Part shown: positions 1-10,270 of the stretch, in pieces | How the letters are laid out: each line of letters opens with the position of its first letter | Numbering within the stretch: position 1 is the stretch's first letter | DNA from: Cenarchaeum sp. | GTDB taxonomy: Archaea > Thermoproteota > Nitrososphaeria > Nitrososphaerales > Nitrosopumilaceae | Direction: 5' to 3' | DNA: 64,000 nt | Assembly (NCBI GenBank): GCA_965206845.1 | Contig: OZ242221.1 | Span: 480,001 to 544,000 of the forward strand | Translations under genes and position numbers: made by a program | Notes under the pieces: generated by a model | Told to the model about the DNA's origin: nothing | Seen by the model: only the letters and a program-made list of their open reading frames with translations | Database searches by the model: none

Positions 1-702
1 GACTATGCCGTGTTCGGGGAGCCCAGCGGTCTGGACAAGGTCACGGTGGCATACAAGGGAAGGCTGGCCATCAACCTGCGGGTCAACGTGGGCGACAGCG
101 CGCATGCCAGCGCGCCATGGCTTGCCAAGAACGCCATCGAGGAGGCCGTCACGTTCACCTCAAGGCTGAAGGAGAGGATGTGCGCCGGGCAGGAGGGCAA
201 GAGGCGCACTATGATGCTGACGTCTGCGCTGACCGAGATCAAGGGCGGCTCAAGCCACAACGTCACCCCCCGGGAGTGCGAGGCCACCATGGACATACGG
301 ATACCCGTGGGCGCCAGCTGCAACGCCGTGGAGGAGATGGTTGCAGACACGGTGCGCACGGTGGCCTCAGAGAGGCAGGTGGAGGTCTTTCACTCCATCA
401 TAGACGAGACGGAGCCCTTTGAGGCGCCCCTCAGCTCGCCGCTGGTTCGGGCCCTGGGGCTGGGCATCAGGGACGTGGAGAGCAAGCCCCCCACGCTGAT
501 CCGCAAGACCGGTACCGGGGACATGAATGTGATCGGCAACCAGATGAACGTGCCCGTGGTGACCTACGGCCCGGGGGACCCCCACATGGCGCACACCATA
601 GACGAGAGGGTGTCCGTAAACGAGTACCTCCGGGGAATCGAGGTCCTCAAGAGGATGATGCACCATCTGAAGCGCCTCCACCACAGGAGGGCGCGCTCCT
701 AG
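1..702 (+). CDS. lysK: M20 family N-acetyl-lysine/ornithine (LysW-) deacetylase, 5' partial
   Basis: Frame open from position 1; GEPSG, HASAPW, KTGTGDMN and YGPGD..AHT.DE motifs of ArgE/LysK M20 peptidases. Confidence 0.8.
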   Translation, partial: DYAVFGEPSGLDKVTVAYKGRLAINLRVNVGDSAHASAPWLAKNAIEEAVTFTSRLKERMCAGQEGKRRTMMLTSALTEIKGGSSHNVTPRECEATMDIRIPVGASCNAVEEMVADTVRTVASERQVEVFHSIIDETEPFEAPLSSPLVRALGLGIRDVESKPPTLIRKTGTGDMNVIGNQMNVPVVTYGPGDPHMAHTIDERVSVNEYLRGIEVLKRMMHHLKRLHHRRARS

Positions 703-1739
703 TGCTCTGGTTTGTCGGGCTGGGAGTCTCCGGCCGCATATCGACAGATGTTGCAGACGTCCTTGGATCATCAGACCACGTCTACCTGGAGCAGTTCACA
801 AGCCCCGTGGGAGAGCACACGGTATCGGCCATACAGGAGATCACAAAGGGGAGACTCTCTGTGGCAAAGAGGTGGCAGGTGGAGGACGGTTCCGAGATAC
901 TAAAGAACGCAAAAGACGGCAGGGTGGCCCTGGTCTCGTACGGGGATCCGATGATCGCCACCACGCACGCGGAGCTGATGACCCGGGCGGTATCTGAGGG
1001 CATAAGAACGCACATGATCCACGGGGCATCGGCCGTGACCGCCACGGTCGGCGAGTGCGGCATGCACTACTACAAGGTGGGACGGGTCGCCACAATAATG
1101 AACGACGCCAAGTCCGTGGGCACCCCCTACTACGTGATACACAGGAACCTGGTCGAGGGCAACCACACCGTGCTGCTCCTGGAGTACAACCACGAGGAGG
1201 GCTTCTTCCTGGGCCCCGGCGACGCGCTGGCGCTCCTTGTCGGGGAGGAAGCGGAGCAGAGGAGAAACGTCATCAGGCCCGACACGTTTGCGGTGGTGGC
1301 CTCCAGGGTGGGCACGCCGGAGGCGGCCATAACCGGGGGGCAGATCTCGCACCTTGCGGAAAGGGACTTTGGTGGGCCGCCCCACAGCATCATAATCCCC
1401 GGCAGGATGCACTTTACGGAGTCTGACGCGCTCCGGGCGGTGGCGGACTGCATCGACGAGCCCCTGGACAACTCCAGGAGTGCAGAGAAGGTATCCGTCC
1501 AGATGATCAAAAAGTACGCCCCCATGATAAGAAAGGCCATCTCAGACGCAGAGCCGTACCGCGCCTCTGCCGGGGCCGCACTCGTGCTGGAGAACGCAGA
1601 GTGCTACATGCAGGACGCCATGCGGTTTTTGGAGCAGGGCAAGGACGACCTGGCGGTCCTGAGCATCGGGTACGCCGACGGGCTGCTGGACGCCCTGCGG
1701 ATGGTCCGGGACGCAGAATCGGAGGGCGGCGCCGCATGA
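702..1739 (+). CDS. dph5: Diphthine synthase with C-terminal DUF357-like domain
   Basis: LWFVGLG, YLEQFTS, GDPMIATTH, HTVLLLE, FGGPPHSIIIPG.MHFTE; C-terminal ENAECY..DA..F...G...LAVLSIGYADGLLDALR. Confidence 0.9.
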   Translation: MLWFVGLGVSGRISTDVADVLGSSDHVYLEQFTSPVGEHTVSAIQEITKGRLSVAKRWQVEDGSEILKNAKDGRVALVSYGDPMIATTHAELMTRAVSEGIRTHMIHGASAVTATVGECGMHYYKVGRVATIMNDAKSVGTPYYVIHRNLVEGNHTVLLLEYNHEEGFFLGPGDALALLVGEEAEQRRNVIRPDTFAVVASRVGTPEAAITGGQISHLAERDFGGPPHSIIIPGRMHFTESDALRAVADCIDEPLDNSRSAEKVSVQMIKKYAPMIRKAISDAEPYRASAGAALVLENAECYMQDAMRFLEQGKDDLAVLSIGYADGLLDALRMVRDAESEGGAA

Positions 1740-1755
1740 CGGGCGGGGTGGGGCG

Positions 1756-2370
1756 TTGAACGTCATAGACAATGCCGTCCTGACTGCCATGTTCGTCTCG
1801 CAGTTTGACGGCAGCGATCCGGTGGCTGCGGTAAGGGCCCGGTGCCGCCTGGACGAGGAGTACGTCAGGGACCGCATAGGCGGCCTCATCTCCAACGGGC
1901 TGGCGGACTCTGACACTGCGCTCAGCGAGCTCGGAAGGAGCTCGCTGCGGGTGGTCCTCGCAGGCGGCGTGTTTGACATAATCCACCCGGGGCACATACA
2001 CACATTGAGGGCGGCAAGAAACCTCGGCGACGTGCTCGTGGTGGTGGTGGCCACATCAGGCACCGCCAAGAAGATGAAGAAGCGGATGCCCCTGCACAGC
2101 CAGGACCAGAGAAGGGACCTGGTGGGGGCGCTCTCGACTGTGGACCTGTGCCTGGTGGGAGAGGAGGGCGACATCTTTCGGACGGTGGAACGCGTAAGGC
2201 CCGAGGTCATCGCCCTGGGGTATGACCAGATCCACCAGGAAAAGTTCATCACCGACGGGTGCCGGAGGATCGGCCTTGACGTCAAGGTCGCAAGGCTGCA
2301 GTCGCCGGTGCCGGAGATCTCAAGCTCCAGGATAGAGCAGGAGTACGGCGACTCGATACACGGCATCTGA
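1756..2370 (+). CDS. ribL: FAD synthetase / cytidyltransferase-family nucleotidyltransferase
   Basis: GGVFDIIHPGH (HxGH), ALGYDQ, ISSSRI; adjacent to ribK. Confidence 0.8.
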   Translation: MNVIDNAVLTAMFVSQFDGSDPVAAVRARCRLDEEYVRDRIGGLISNGLADSDTALSELGRSSLRVVLAGGVFDIIHPGHIHTLRAARNLGDVLVVVVATSGTAKKMKKRMPLHSQDQRRDLVGALSTVDLCLVGEEGDIFRTVERVRPEVIALGYDQIHQEKFITDGCRRIGLDVKVARLQSPVPEISSSRIEQEYGDSIHGI

Positions 2371-2381
2371 CGGCCACGCTA

Positions 2382-3062
2382 TCAGCCTACCTGCACGGAG
2401 ATGGTGACCTCGGAGCCGTCCTTGAGTCCTGTTGCCTCCCGGATGCTCTCCCTTGCGATGATCTCGACGATGGACGGCTCGTGGTGCGTCCTCTCCAGGC
2501 GGATGAGGTGGCACGGTATCGTGCCGTTGACGGTTCCCGGAAAGCACTTTACCCACCCGTAGGCCCTCACCCCGTCATGGAACCCGTCGATCATGATGCC
2601 GTCCAGGGCGTCAAACTGCCGGCTTGACTCGACAAACTCCCTCTCCTCCAGCCTCACGTTGAGCGTTCCCGGAAACGGGACGTAGCCGATCCTCTTTACG
2701 AACTGCCTGGAGTACCCCTTGAGCGACATATAGTAGGCTCCCTCGCTCATGCCTGAGACCAGCAGGCCCTGGAGCTCGATCCTGGAGGGCGAGGCCGCCA
2801 GACTCGCCTGCAGCGTGCCCGATATCTTGAGCAGCTGCGAGTACCCCTCGGGCGTGATCCTGACCGAGATGCCCCTGCCGCTCTTTATGCGCTGGATAAA
2901 GCCGTATTTCTCAAGATCCACTAGGTGCTTTGATGCGGACTGCTGGGACCTGCCGACGTTCCTTCCGAGGGACGAGGTGGTGACCGGAACAAAGTTGTGC
3001 TCTGCCCCTTGGGAAAGAAGAAAAGAAAGGGTTAGGAGGTGTTGGATCTTTAAGCTTGTCAA
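2382..3062 (-). CDS. ribK: CTP-dependent riboflavin kinase with N-terminal wHTH
   Basis: SQQSASKHL..LE HTH; SGMSEGAYYM, PFPGTLN, ERTHH motifs. Confidence 0.9.
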   Translation of the reverse strand: MTSLKIQHLLTLSFLLSQGAEHNFVPVTTSSLGRNVGRSQQSASKHLVDLEKYGFIQRIKSGRGISVRITPEGYSQLLKISGTLQASLAASPSRIELQGLLVSGMSEGAYYMSLKGYSRQFVKRIGYVPFPGTLNVRLEEREFVESSRQFDALDGIMIDGFHDGVRAYGWVKCFPGTVNGTIPCHLIRLERTHHEPSIVEIIARESIREATGLKDGSEVTISVQVG

Positions 3063-3068
3063 GATACA

Positions 3069-4211
3069 CTATACAATACCGAGATCCGCGAATGTCTTCA
3101 GGTTGATGCCGCCCTTGTTTGAGAGCCTTGAGAGCCGGTGTCCCACCAGGTACTCGACCCCGGTCTTCTTGGCGCTCTCCAGGAGTCTTGGCGTTATGAT
3201 GCCGTCCAGTACCAGGTACTTGATGCCCGACTGTCCGGCCATCTTGTTCACAAGCTCGCTGATCGGCACCCTGAAGATCTCGGCCTGCTTGTCGTCTAGC
3301 GCGACTGCTTCCAGGGTCTCGTTGAGGTCAGGATATATCTTCCCGATTGCGTCTGCAAGCGGCTTGTCCTTCTTGTTCTTCAACGACGGGGGCTTGCTGC
3401 CTTCCTTGATCTCCTTTGCCACCGGTTCCAGAATCTCTGAGATTCTCTGCGGTGTGAGCTCCTCGACCTCGATTCCCGGATCCGCCCGCAGCTCATAGTC
3501 TATGGGCACCATGGATTTCAGCTCCCGAAGGATGAACCCGCCGGACCTGTCGCCGTCTAGAAACGCAACCACGGTCGCCTTGGCCGAGCATATCTCCTTT
3601 ATGGACTCGTCGATTCGCGCCCCCTCGATTGCAAGCGTGTTGTCGTAGCCTGCCCGAAGGAGGTTGATCACGTCGGCCCTTCCCTCGACCAGAATTATCC
3701 AGTCCGAGGTCTTGATGCCGGATCCGCAGGACAGCTTTGATGGCCCGTACGAGTCGATCTTGCCCGTGCGTCCCTCGTGGACATCCTTGAGTACCGTGTC
3801 GCCTTCGCTGACTGCCCGGGTCTTCCACTGCTGCTTGATCTCCTTTGCTCGCTTTGCGATCTCGTCCTTCTTCTTTGCCCTTATGTCATCGATGGTCTCC
3901 ATCTTGAACTTGCAGTTAAAGGGCCCGACCTTGTCGATGCTCTCTATGGACGCCGCTATCAGCGAACAGGTGTCGATGTTGGTACTCATGGGAATGAGTA
4001 TGTCGCCTGAGGTGGTGCTCGCCGTGGTAGAGAGGATGACCTCTATTCTGCCAACTTTGGAGACGCGCTGCAGCTCGTTTAGGTCATTCTCCGGCCCGAA
4101 GAGTCCCTCGGTCTGGCCGAATATGGCACCTATCATGTCGTTCCGTTCTACTAGACCATCGACTTCAAAGGATAGCTTAACGTGATACTTGACAATTCCC
4201 GATTGAGGCAT
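3069..4211 (-). CDS. dnaG: Archaeal DnaG primase-like protein (TOPRIM)
   Basis: GAIFGQTEGL, IILVEGRADV, FLDGDRSG, VEEL, DGIITPRL. Confidence 0.95.
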   Translation of the reverse strand: MPQSGIVKYHVKLSFEVDGLVERNDMIGAIFGQTEGLFGPENDLNELQRVSKVGRIEVILSTTASTTSGDILIPMSTNIDTCSLIAASIESIDKVGPFNCKFKMETIDDIRAKKKDEIAKRAKEIKQQWKTRAVSEGDTVLKDVHEGRTGKIDSYGPSKLSCGSGIKTSDWIILVEGRADVINLLRAGYDNTLAIEGARIDESIKEICSAKATVVAFLDGDRSGGFILRELKSMVPIDYELRADPGIEVEELTPQRISEILEPVAKEIKEGSKPPSLKNKKDKPLADAIGKIYPDLNETLEAVALDDKQAEIFRVPISELVNKMAGQSGIKYLVLDGIITPRLLESAKKTGVEYLVGHRLSRLSNKGGINLKTFADLGIV

Positions 4212-4796
4212 AATTTATTCATCTCTATTAACGGCAAGAATCTCCCCTATAAATTACATGAGATGTGTAGAATGCGCTCCTTTGGTAAGCGCTCACGTCC
4301 ATTCTCGATCTGTGCCCATAGGCATGTATGGGCGGGTGACAGCTGGGCGTGGATTAAGGGTGGACGTAAATGCTCGTCACGAGTAAATGCCGCTCCGAAC
4401 CGAGGTTGCCCATGATTTCCATAAACCAATTGCATAACTGCCAAAAAAACTGCTGGTCGGTTCTTCTTTAAACTGCTTTTAGCGGTGATGTTGTCCCTCC
4501 GGAACGTGGATCTTCACGGTTGTGCCCAAAACGAGGCGGGTCTGTACGGATCTGAATGTTTATGCGCAGATCCCCCTGCGCTCCTTCGGGAAAGAAGGCA
4601 GACGCCTGTTGCGCCTCCATGTGGCGGAGTAGCGGGCCGTGGCCGGTTCCTTGGCTTCTTACCGACGGCGTTGCAGCAGGGCCTGCAGGTCAGGCTCTTC
4701 GTCAGGGGAGAGCGATCGCCATGGACCGGCGGGTTTGTAGTCGACACAGAACGGCAACTAACGCCCCATCGCCCGCACCTTACGAGGAATCCGACA

Positions 4797-5864
4797 TCAT
4801 GGCTTTTTTTCATCATCGACAGGCCGGCCACCGTGTTGCTCTTCATCGCGTAGTCTGGAGAGAATCTCGCGCATTTTCTCCTCCAAGACACCCACCCTTC
4901 GACGCATCTCCGCCTCCTCTCTCTCAATACAGCGTCGTGCATCCCTATCCCCCTTCTCTAACCTACGTATATTCTCCATGTTCCTTGCGCGGTCGTTCAC
5001 CAGCAGGGACGGCTCGAACTTCAAGTATTCATCCAGCTTCTCCTCATCTGTCAGCCTGTCGTATTGCAGGGGATACCCCTTCTGCCCGGCAAAGTATTTT
5101 GCCAAATTGGGGTCGTGTCCGGATACCTGCGTTATGAAGAACGCCCGAAACGAGCGTGTGGTGACCACATTGCGCCCGTTTGTTCCGTACTTGTCATTAA
5201 TCCCCATCTTTTTTAGCAGCCTCCTGAGATATGCCGCCTCCCCAGCAGCCCCTATTCGGGCGTCCTGGTGGGTGCCAAAAACTAGGTCGGAGCCACCTAT
5301 CTCCTTCAACCTAGGCACGATCAGTCCGGCGGCCTCTGTGCTAAAGAACGTGGTCCTGACCTGTTTCTTTTTCGTGAACGCCGCAGGAATCCTTACCATC
5401 AGTCTTTCCATACCAGTGTGGATGTCCTTCTTCTTGAGCCGTATTATCTCGCCTATCCTCATCCCGCTTGAAGACTGCGCCAGGTACAGCATCCTTCTTT
5501 TGTAGCTACACCATTCCAATATCTGCTGGAATGTGGCGATCTCCAGCGGGTGCAGCTCCTCTTCGCGCTTTGTTGGAAAGTCCAGGTTGCGCTTAGTGTC
5601 CAGCGGGTGCATCTCCACCCCGCGGTAGCGCATGTATTTCCGTATCATGATAAAATATGTCTTTATGGTGGATGGGTCTTTTTTGTCCTCTTTCATGCGG
5701 TTTATCCACTGTTGTAGGTAGTCGTAGACTTGATCCTTGCCCGGCCTGCCATCTATGAATTTCTCAAGATCTGTAAAGCTCCTGTAGGCAATCATAAACA
5801 CAGTCTGGGTCGATGAGGAATTGACTTTGATGCGCTTGCGGTATGTCGACAGGCTTCTTTCCAT
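4797..5864 (-). CDS. Solitary tyrosine recombinase/integrase
   Basis: SSGMRIGE catalytic Arg, TTRSFRAFF box II, AGQKGY..QY; ATG at 5864 chosen for an AT-rich TATA-like box ~25 bp upstream (ORF track extends to 6122). Confidence 0.85.
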   Translation of the reverse strand: MERSLSTYRKRIKVNSSSTQTVFMIAYRSFTDLEKFIDGRPGKDQVYDYLQQWINRMKEDKKDPSTIKTYFIMIRKYMRYRGVEMHPLDTKRNLDFPTKREEELHPLEIATFQQILEWCSYKRRMLYLAQSSSGMRIGEIIRLKKKDIHTGMERLMVRIPAAFTKKKQVRTTFFSTEAAGLIVPRLKEIGGSDLVFGTHQDARIGAAGEAAYLRRLLKKMGINDKYGTNGRNVVTTRSFRAFFITQVSGHDPNLAKYFAGQKGYPLQYDRLTDEEKLDEYLKFEPSLLVNDRARNMENIRRLEKGDRDARRCIEREEAEMRRRVGVLEEKMREILSRLRDEEQHGGRPVDDEKKP

Positions 5865-6470
5865 GCATTTAATGTGCGGCAGTAGTATATTACGACCGTG
5901 ATTTTGTTCTCTTAAAACACATAAACTTGTCTGATCGTCAATCCGGCCTGGCCCGTCAGATCCCCGTGGCACTGCCGTGCCTGGCAGAACGGGCGCACCG
6001 CAAGCAGGACTGTGCCTGTGGGCCTCTGGCATCCGTGCCACTTCGGCGCTGAGATGTGATTCGTAATTAGCACGCAGGCACATCAGCGCACGATCTTTGG
6101 CATAATCATACGAAAGTTGCATGCTTTGGAGCGCACATCTGTAAGATTATGGGCATCGAAGGCCCGATTCTTAATTGCGGATCATGTCTCTGCTCGAGTC
6201 GCCCATGCCTGGTTTGCAGGCAGCACGCGCCTCTTGGATCGCGTGATCCGGGAGGTTTCAGATGGAATGGTGCCCGACTCCCCGCCCTGGCAGGCCGGCA
6301 CGCCGGGGTTTGAGAGGGTATGCCGTTGCATGGCATCCGGGGCCGCGTCATTTTCACCCGGGCAGGAGGATTCACGCCAGGGATATCTCACGCCCGGTCC
6401 GATGTGGCGAGCGAGATGGTGCCGCATGACTGTTAAAAAATCAGAGTGAAAAAGGAGAGATGAGGTTGGA

Positions 6471-6821
6471 CTATTCGGTACTAAACGAGTGGCCGCACGA
6501 GCATGACTTTGTCACGTTCGGGTTGTTTATCTTGAATCCGGAGCCCATCAGGCTCTCAATGTAGTCGACGTTTGCGCCCCCAAGTGAGTCCTTGCTGTAG
6601 CTGTCCACCAGCAGTTTGATGCCTTCTTGCTCAATGACTATGTCGTCCTCGTCTGGCTGCTTCTCAAATCCCATCCCGTAGGAGAGACCGGAACAACCGC
6701 CGCCCTGAACATAGACCCGCAGATACTGCGATTTTTCGGCTTCTTCTGCCATAAACTCCCTGATCTTTTCTGCCGCCTTTGGGGTTACAGTGATCAGTCT
6801 CTGAGTTTGTTCTGTTGCCAT
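6471..6821 (-). CDS. erpA: HesB/IscA/ErpA Fe-S cluster assembly protein
   Basis: GGGCSGLSY and NPN..SCSCGHSF motifs. Confidence 0.92.
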   Translation of the reverse strand: MATEQTQRLITVTPKAAEKIREFMAEEAEKSQYLRVYVQGGGCSGLSYGMGFEKQPDEDDIVIEQEGIKLLVDSYSKDSLGGANVDYIESLMGSGFKINNPNVTKSCSCGHSFSTE

Positions 6822-6866
6822 GTGTGGAGATCCAGGTGCAAATTATAATAATCTTTGCTCTGGTGG

Positions 6867-8095
6867 GGCTGTGTCCTAGAGACATAACCCCACAATCATC
6901 CGCCGTCGTCGCGTCGGTACGGGTATTCTTCGAATTCTTGGGATTGCGGTATTTTTCCCACATCTCCGGCTTCAAACGCTGTCCGAAACCGTAAAATCCC
7001 ATCCGATCCAAGGGATGGTGCGCAGGCTCCCCTACGGGCGGCGCGGGTGTCTCCGCGCCGGTTATGCAGCCATTGCAGTGAGCGACTCGTGCGTGAGCCT
7101 GCCGCTTTTTACGTGCGATCGCGCGACTACCTCTATGTTGTAACAAATGATCCGGATTGCAACCTCTCGGTTCTGCCGGACGAGCCTCCTGCCCCGGAGG
7201 TGGTTCCCGTACATCTTCTTGATTGCCCCAAAGACGGCTTCGATTATGCTGCGCTGGTGGTACTCTGCCATGAACCTGTCAAGGTCGTCCCTGTGGGTCC
7301 GGGTCATCTCGCCCCAGGCCTGGCTGCCGCCGTTCTTGCAGGTAGTGTTGGATTTGGGCAGGATGCGGGGCGTCATGCCCATGCCGGCTATCGCGTCGCA
7401 TATCAGTCTGGCCAGGTAGGCCGAGTCCAGGCAAAAGTTGCCGTTCCCGTCCGCAAGCCGGTCCAACATGGGCCACATGCCGGTGATGTCGGAGGTGTAT
7501 CCGTCGGTGACGTGATAGTCCAGGATGGCTCTGGTCGCGATATCGATGATGCTGTGAAGCTTGATCCACCCGCGCTTGGTCTTGGCCTGGCTGTGGCGGA
7601 TGCTGAACCAGCGGACGAACCGGTTGCCTGAGTAGCCGGTGCTGTCCCCGGCCAGCGAACCGGCCACGATGTCGCCTGTGATCCTCAGGTGAACCTCGCG
7701 CAGGTACGACTCGGGGATCAGGCCGTAGGCGCGCCATATGGTGCTCTTGGAGGGTATCCCGGACAGTCCGATCCTGCTGACAAGATCCGGGTGCATTCTG
7801 AGGCAGCCCACCGTCTTCCTGTAGGTCTTCATCTCTGCCTCCATCATGATGCAGACAACGGCCATGGCCTTTGGCGGATAGGCGGTCATGCCGCCCAGTC
7901 CAGGTCTGGCTTGGTAGGGGTCACCCATCTCCTTGACGGTGTTCAATATGGTGCTCAGTATCAGGCCCGGCAGGTACTGCTGGACAATATTGAATGGTCG
8001 CTGATCGCGTCTTCCATCTGTCATTGGCGGGGCCGCGATCCGCCGATCAATATACCCTGCTATTTAGAGATGATCTATATCTGTAGGACACAGCC
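6867..8095 (-). mobile_element. IS5-family insertion sequence, complete copy A
   Basis: TIRs GGCTGTGTCCTAGAGACATA / GGCTGTGTCCTACAGATATA (18/20); 9-bp TSD CTCTGGTGG at 6858-6866 and 8096-8104. Confidence 0.92.
7062..8024 (-). CDS. IS5-family DDE transposase
   Basis: GDSTG, KLH, CLDSAY, YHQRSIIEAVFGAIKK: D-D-E triad intact. Confidence 0.9.
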   Translation of the reverse strand: MTDGRRDQRPFNIVQQYLPGLILSTILNTVKEMGDPYQARPGLGGMTAYPPKAMAVVCIMMEAEMKTYRKTVGCLRMHPDLVSRIGLSGIPSKSTIWRAYGLIPESYLREVHLRITGDIVAGSLAGDSTGYSGNRFVRWFSIRHSQAKTKRGWIKLHSIIDIATRAILDYHVTDGYTSDITGMWPMLDRLADGNGNFCLDSAYLARLICDAIAGMGMTPRILPKSNTTCKNGGSQAWGEMTRTHRDDLDRFMAEYHQRSIIEAVFGAIKKMYGNHLRGRRLVRQNREVAIRIICYNIEVVARSHVKSGRLTHESLTAMAA

Positions 8096-8188
8096 CTCTG
8101 GTGGGATCCGATCCGGCAGGACTCTGCACCGCGCAGAATGGCTGCCTTTGGACGCATCTTAAATTGCCGGCATGCGTAATGCCGGCAG

Positions 8189-8371
8189 TTGGACCGGAGA
8201 CTGATGATCGGGCTGGGCATACTGGCGCTGGGGGTCGCCTGGACCGTGTACGGGGCTGTGCAGTTCGATAGGACAAGCGGCATCTTTACGGACAACACCG
8301 TCGGGCTTGGCATAGTGACCATTGTGATGGCTGCCTTCATTCTGGGCAAGGCAGCTCTCAAGAAAAAATAG
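8189..8371 (+). CDS. Small two-TM membrane protein, hypothetical
   Basis: Two hydrophobic segments and basic C-terminus; TATA-like cttaaatt ~25 bp upstream. Confidence 0.55.
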   Translation: MDRRLMIGLGILALGVAWTVYGAVQFDRTSGIFTDNTVGLGIVTIVMAAFILGKAALKKK

Positions 8372-8544
8372 CAGGCCTACCGGCGCCACACAGATATCCC
8401 GGGTCAGGGGCGGACACATCAGAACCGTCTTCGGGTGCAAGGATTTCCCCGGTCGGCGTCAGATCCTGTGGCTTTCTGAAGGCATACGCCATGGCGCAGC
8501 GCATCAAGATACGTGCAGGGAAAATAAAGAAGAGTGGCAACAGG

Positions 8545-9303
8545 CTACTTTGACCTGTTTACAAAGGCCTTCATGCGCTGTTCCCGATCGGGATGGGTGA
8601 AGCAGTTTCTCCAGGACAGGAGCTCTATTGACAGGCCCGTCTCCAGGTCTGCGTTTCTGCCGTGGTTGATTGCCAGCTTTGACATCTGTACCCCCATGGA
8701 CGAGTTGCGCGCGATGCTGTGGGCCATCTTCAGTGCCGTCTCCTGCAGGGACGCTAGGGGCACCACGTGGTTGACGAGTCCGATCTCCCGGGCCTCGTCT
8801 GCTGCGATCTTTTTGCCCGTGTACACCAGCTCCTTTGCCTTTGCTATACCCACGATCCTCATCAGCCTCTGCGTTCCGCCCCATCCGGGCGGGATGCCGA
8901 TGGTGACCTCGGGCTGGCCCAGCTTTGCCGTGTCTGCCGCTATTCTGATGTCGCAGGACATTGCGACCTCGCAGCCGCCGCCCAGTGCAAACCCGTTCAC
9001 GGCGGCAATCGTCGGCTGCCTTACGGACTCGATTGCGGCGGTAACCCGCTGGCCAAGCCTTGCGTACTCGACTGACTCGTCGGCGGTAATCTCGGACATG
9101 TACGCGATGTCTGCGCCGGCAGAGAACGCCCTTTCGCCTGCGCCTGTCAGTATGATGACCTTGATGTTGTCGTCCCGGCCAATCCTCTCAAAGGTGTCTA
9201 TCAGCTCTAGGGCCACCTCGGTGTTCATTGCGTTGAGCTTGTCCGGACGGTTTATCGTGACTGTGCAGATGCCGTCGGCCTCCGATGTTGTGACTACTGT
9301 CAT
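8545..9303 (-). CDS. Enoyl-CoA hydratase (likely 3-hydroxypropionyl-CoA dehydratase / crotonyl-CoA hydratase of the 3HP/4HB cycle)
   Basis: [43 protein letters not shown]; paired with the ADP-forming CoA ligase as in Nitrosopumilus. Confidence 0.9.
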   Translation of the reverse strand: MTVVTTSEADGICTVTINRPDKLNAMNTEVALELIDTFERIGRDDNIKVIILTGAGERAFSAGADIAYMSEITADESVEYARLGQRVTAAIESVRQPTIAAVNGFALGGGCEVAMSCDIRIAADTAKLGQPEVTIGIPPGWGGTQRLMRIVGIAKAKELVYTGKKIAADEAREIGLVNHVVPLASLQETALKMAHSIARNSSMGVQMSKLAINHGRNADLETGLSIELLSWRNCFTHPDREQRMKAFVNRSK

Positions 9304-9375
9304 GAACTAGCCGGAATGTGGCCGACTTAAAGGTGTAACGAAGGGAAATTATATAGTTAAGTGAACTGCCGCCGC

Positions 9376-9832
9376 GGGGCCGGTAAGTTCCGGTGACCTG
9401 CCCAGGGTGGCGGAGTAACCTGGGAATGGATAAGAGAGGAGATCAGGCGGAGCCTTGGCCGCCTTAATGAGGGTCTTCCACTGTTGGCGTCCTCGGCCTC
9501 GATACCGGCGACCTGGGCCAAGGTGGTGTTGTCAGGCAGCCCAAGGTGTGGCCTGACAAAGTTGTGGTAGAGACGTAGCCTGGAGAGGATCGCCGAGTCG
9601 TCTTTCTTGAGGCTGCAGGTGACCTTCTCGCGCTGCCGCAGTGTGTTGCCGTTGAAGGACTCCATCTGGTTGTTGTTCATGGCGCCCGCCGTGTGGATGT
9701 GCCGCTCATACGTAGACTACTTGTGAAGGAAATTCGTGGCCTTGTGCTGCTTGTGGGCGCGCCTGAAGTTGAGTGTCCCATTTGATACCAGCGTCTCCAA
9801 CATGATCTAGGTCACGTCAACTTACCAGCCCC
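9376..9832 (-). mobile_element. Nested IS6-like mini-element carrying a decayed DDE transposase C-terminus
   Basis: 24-bp TIRs GGGGCCGGTAAGTTCCGGTGACCT / GGGGCTGGTAAGTTGACGTGACCT (20/24); 8-bp TSD GCCGCCGC at 9368-9375 and 9833-9840; absent from copy 2. Confidence 0.85.
9440..9800 (-). pseudogene. DDE transposase remnant (IS6/IS240-like archaeal type)
   Basis: TLVSNGTLNF (expected Asp is Asn), in-frame stop, NNNQMESFNG.LRQREK, YHNFVRPH.GL, frameshift before WKTLI; 5' truncated; boundaries approximate. Confidence 0.8.
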
Positions 9833-10270
9833 GCCGCCGCATGTCCATGGCCTCCCGTTCAGGCAGATCATGCGGTCCGGCAGACCGGTCTTCCCGGTTC
9901 CGGACTGGCCGGCGACTGCCCCGGGTTTTCCGACGCCGGCCGGCATCCCGGGGCAGGCAGGAGCCCGGGAAGGCGGCTGCCAGGCCGCGCCTCTCACGCG
10001 GGCAAACGCCGGATCCGCATGGGGTGCCGTCCCAAACGGTTCCGGCATGCGCAAGGCGGCAGCCGCATGCGAAAGCGGACAAAACCCGTCCTTTTCGGGC
10101 CTTCCGCCATGAGGGCCGTTCCCGCGCGGCGCCGGCTCGGCCCCAGTGGCGGCCGGAAACGCGCGGGCAGGCGCGGCGGAAATGATGGATGTGACAGTGC
10201 GGACGGTCCGCACGGCCGGAGCGGCACCGCCATGTTTCCTTTTATACTCGGCTGGCATTTGCATGCGGTA

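Noticed and set aside
4230-4790. SRP RNA, RNase P RNA or C/D sRNA between dnaG and the integrase
   Set aside because: Only partial motif resemblance; no convincing conserved helices by eye; needs an Rfam/Infernal scan
9357-9800. DDE transposase fragment as the cognate transposase of the TnpB element
   Set aside because: It has its own TIRs and TSD (9376-9832) and is absent from copy 2, so it is a later nested insertion
10019-10270. N-terminal 84 aa of the 662-aa ORF
   Set aside because: Not conserved in copy 2 and lies upstream of the TATA box at 10241
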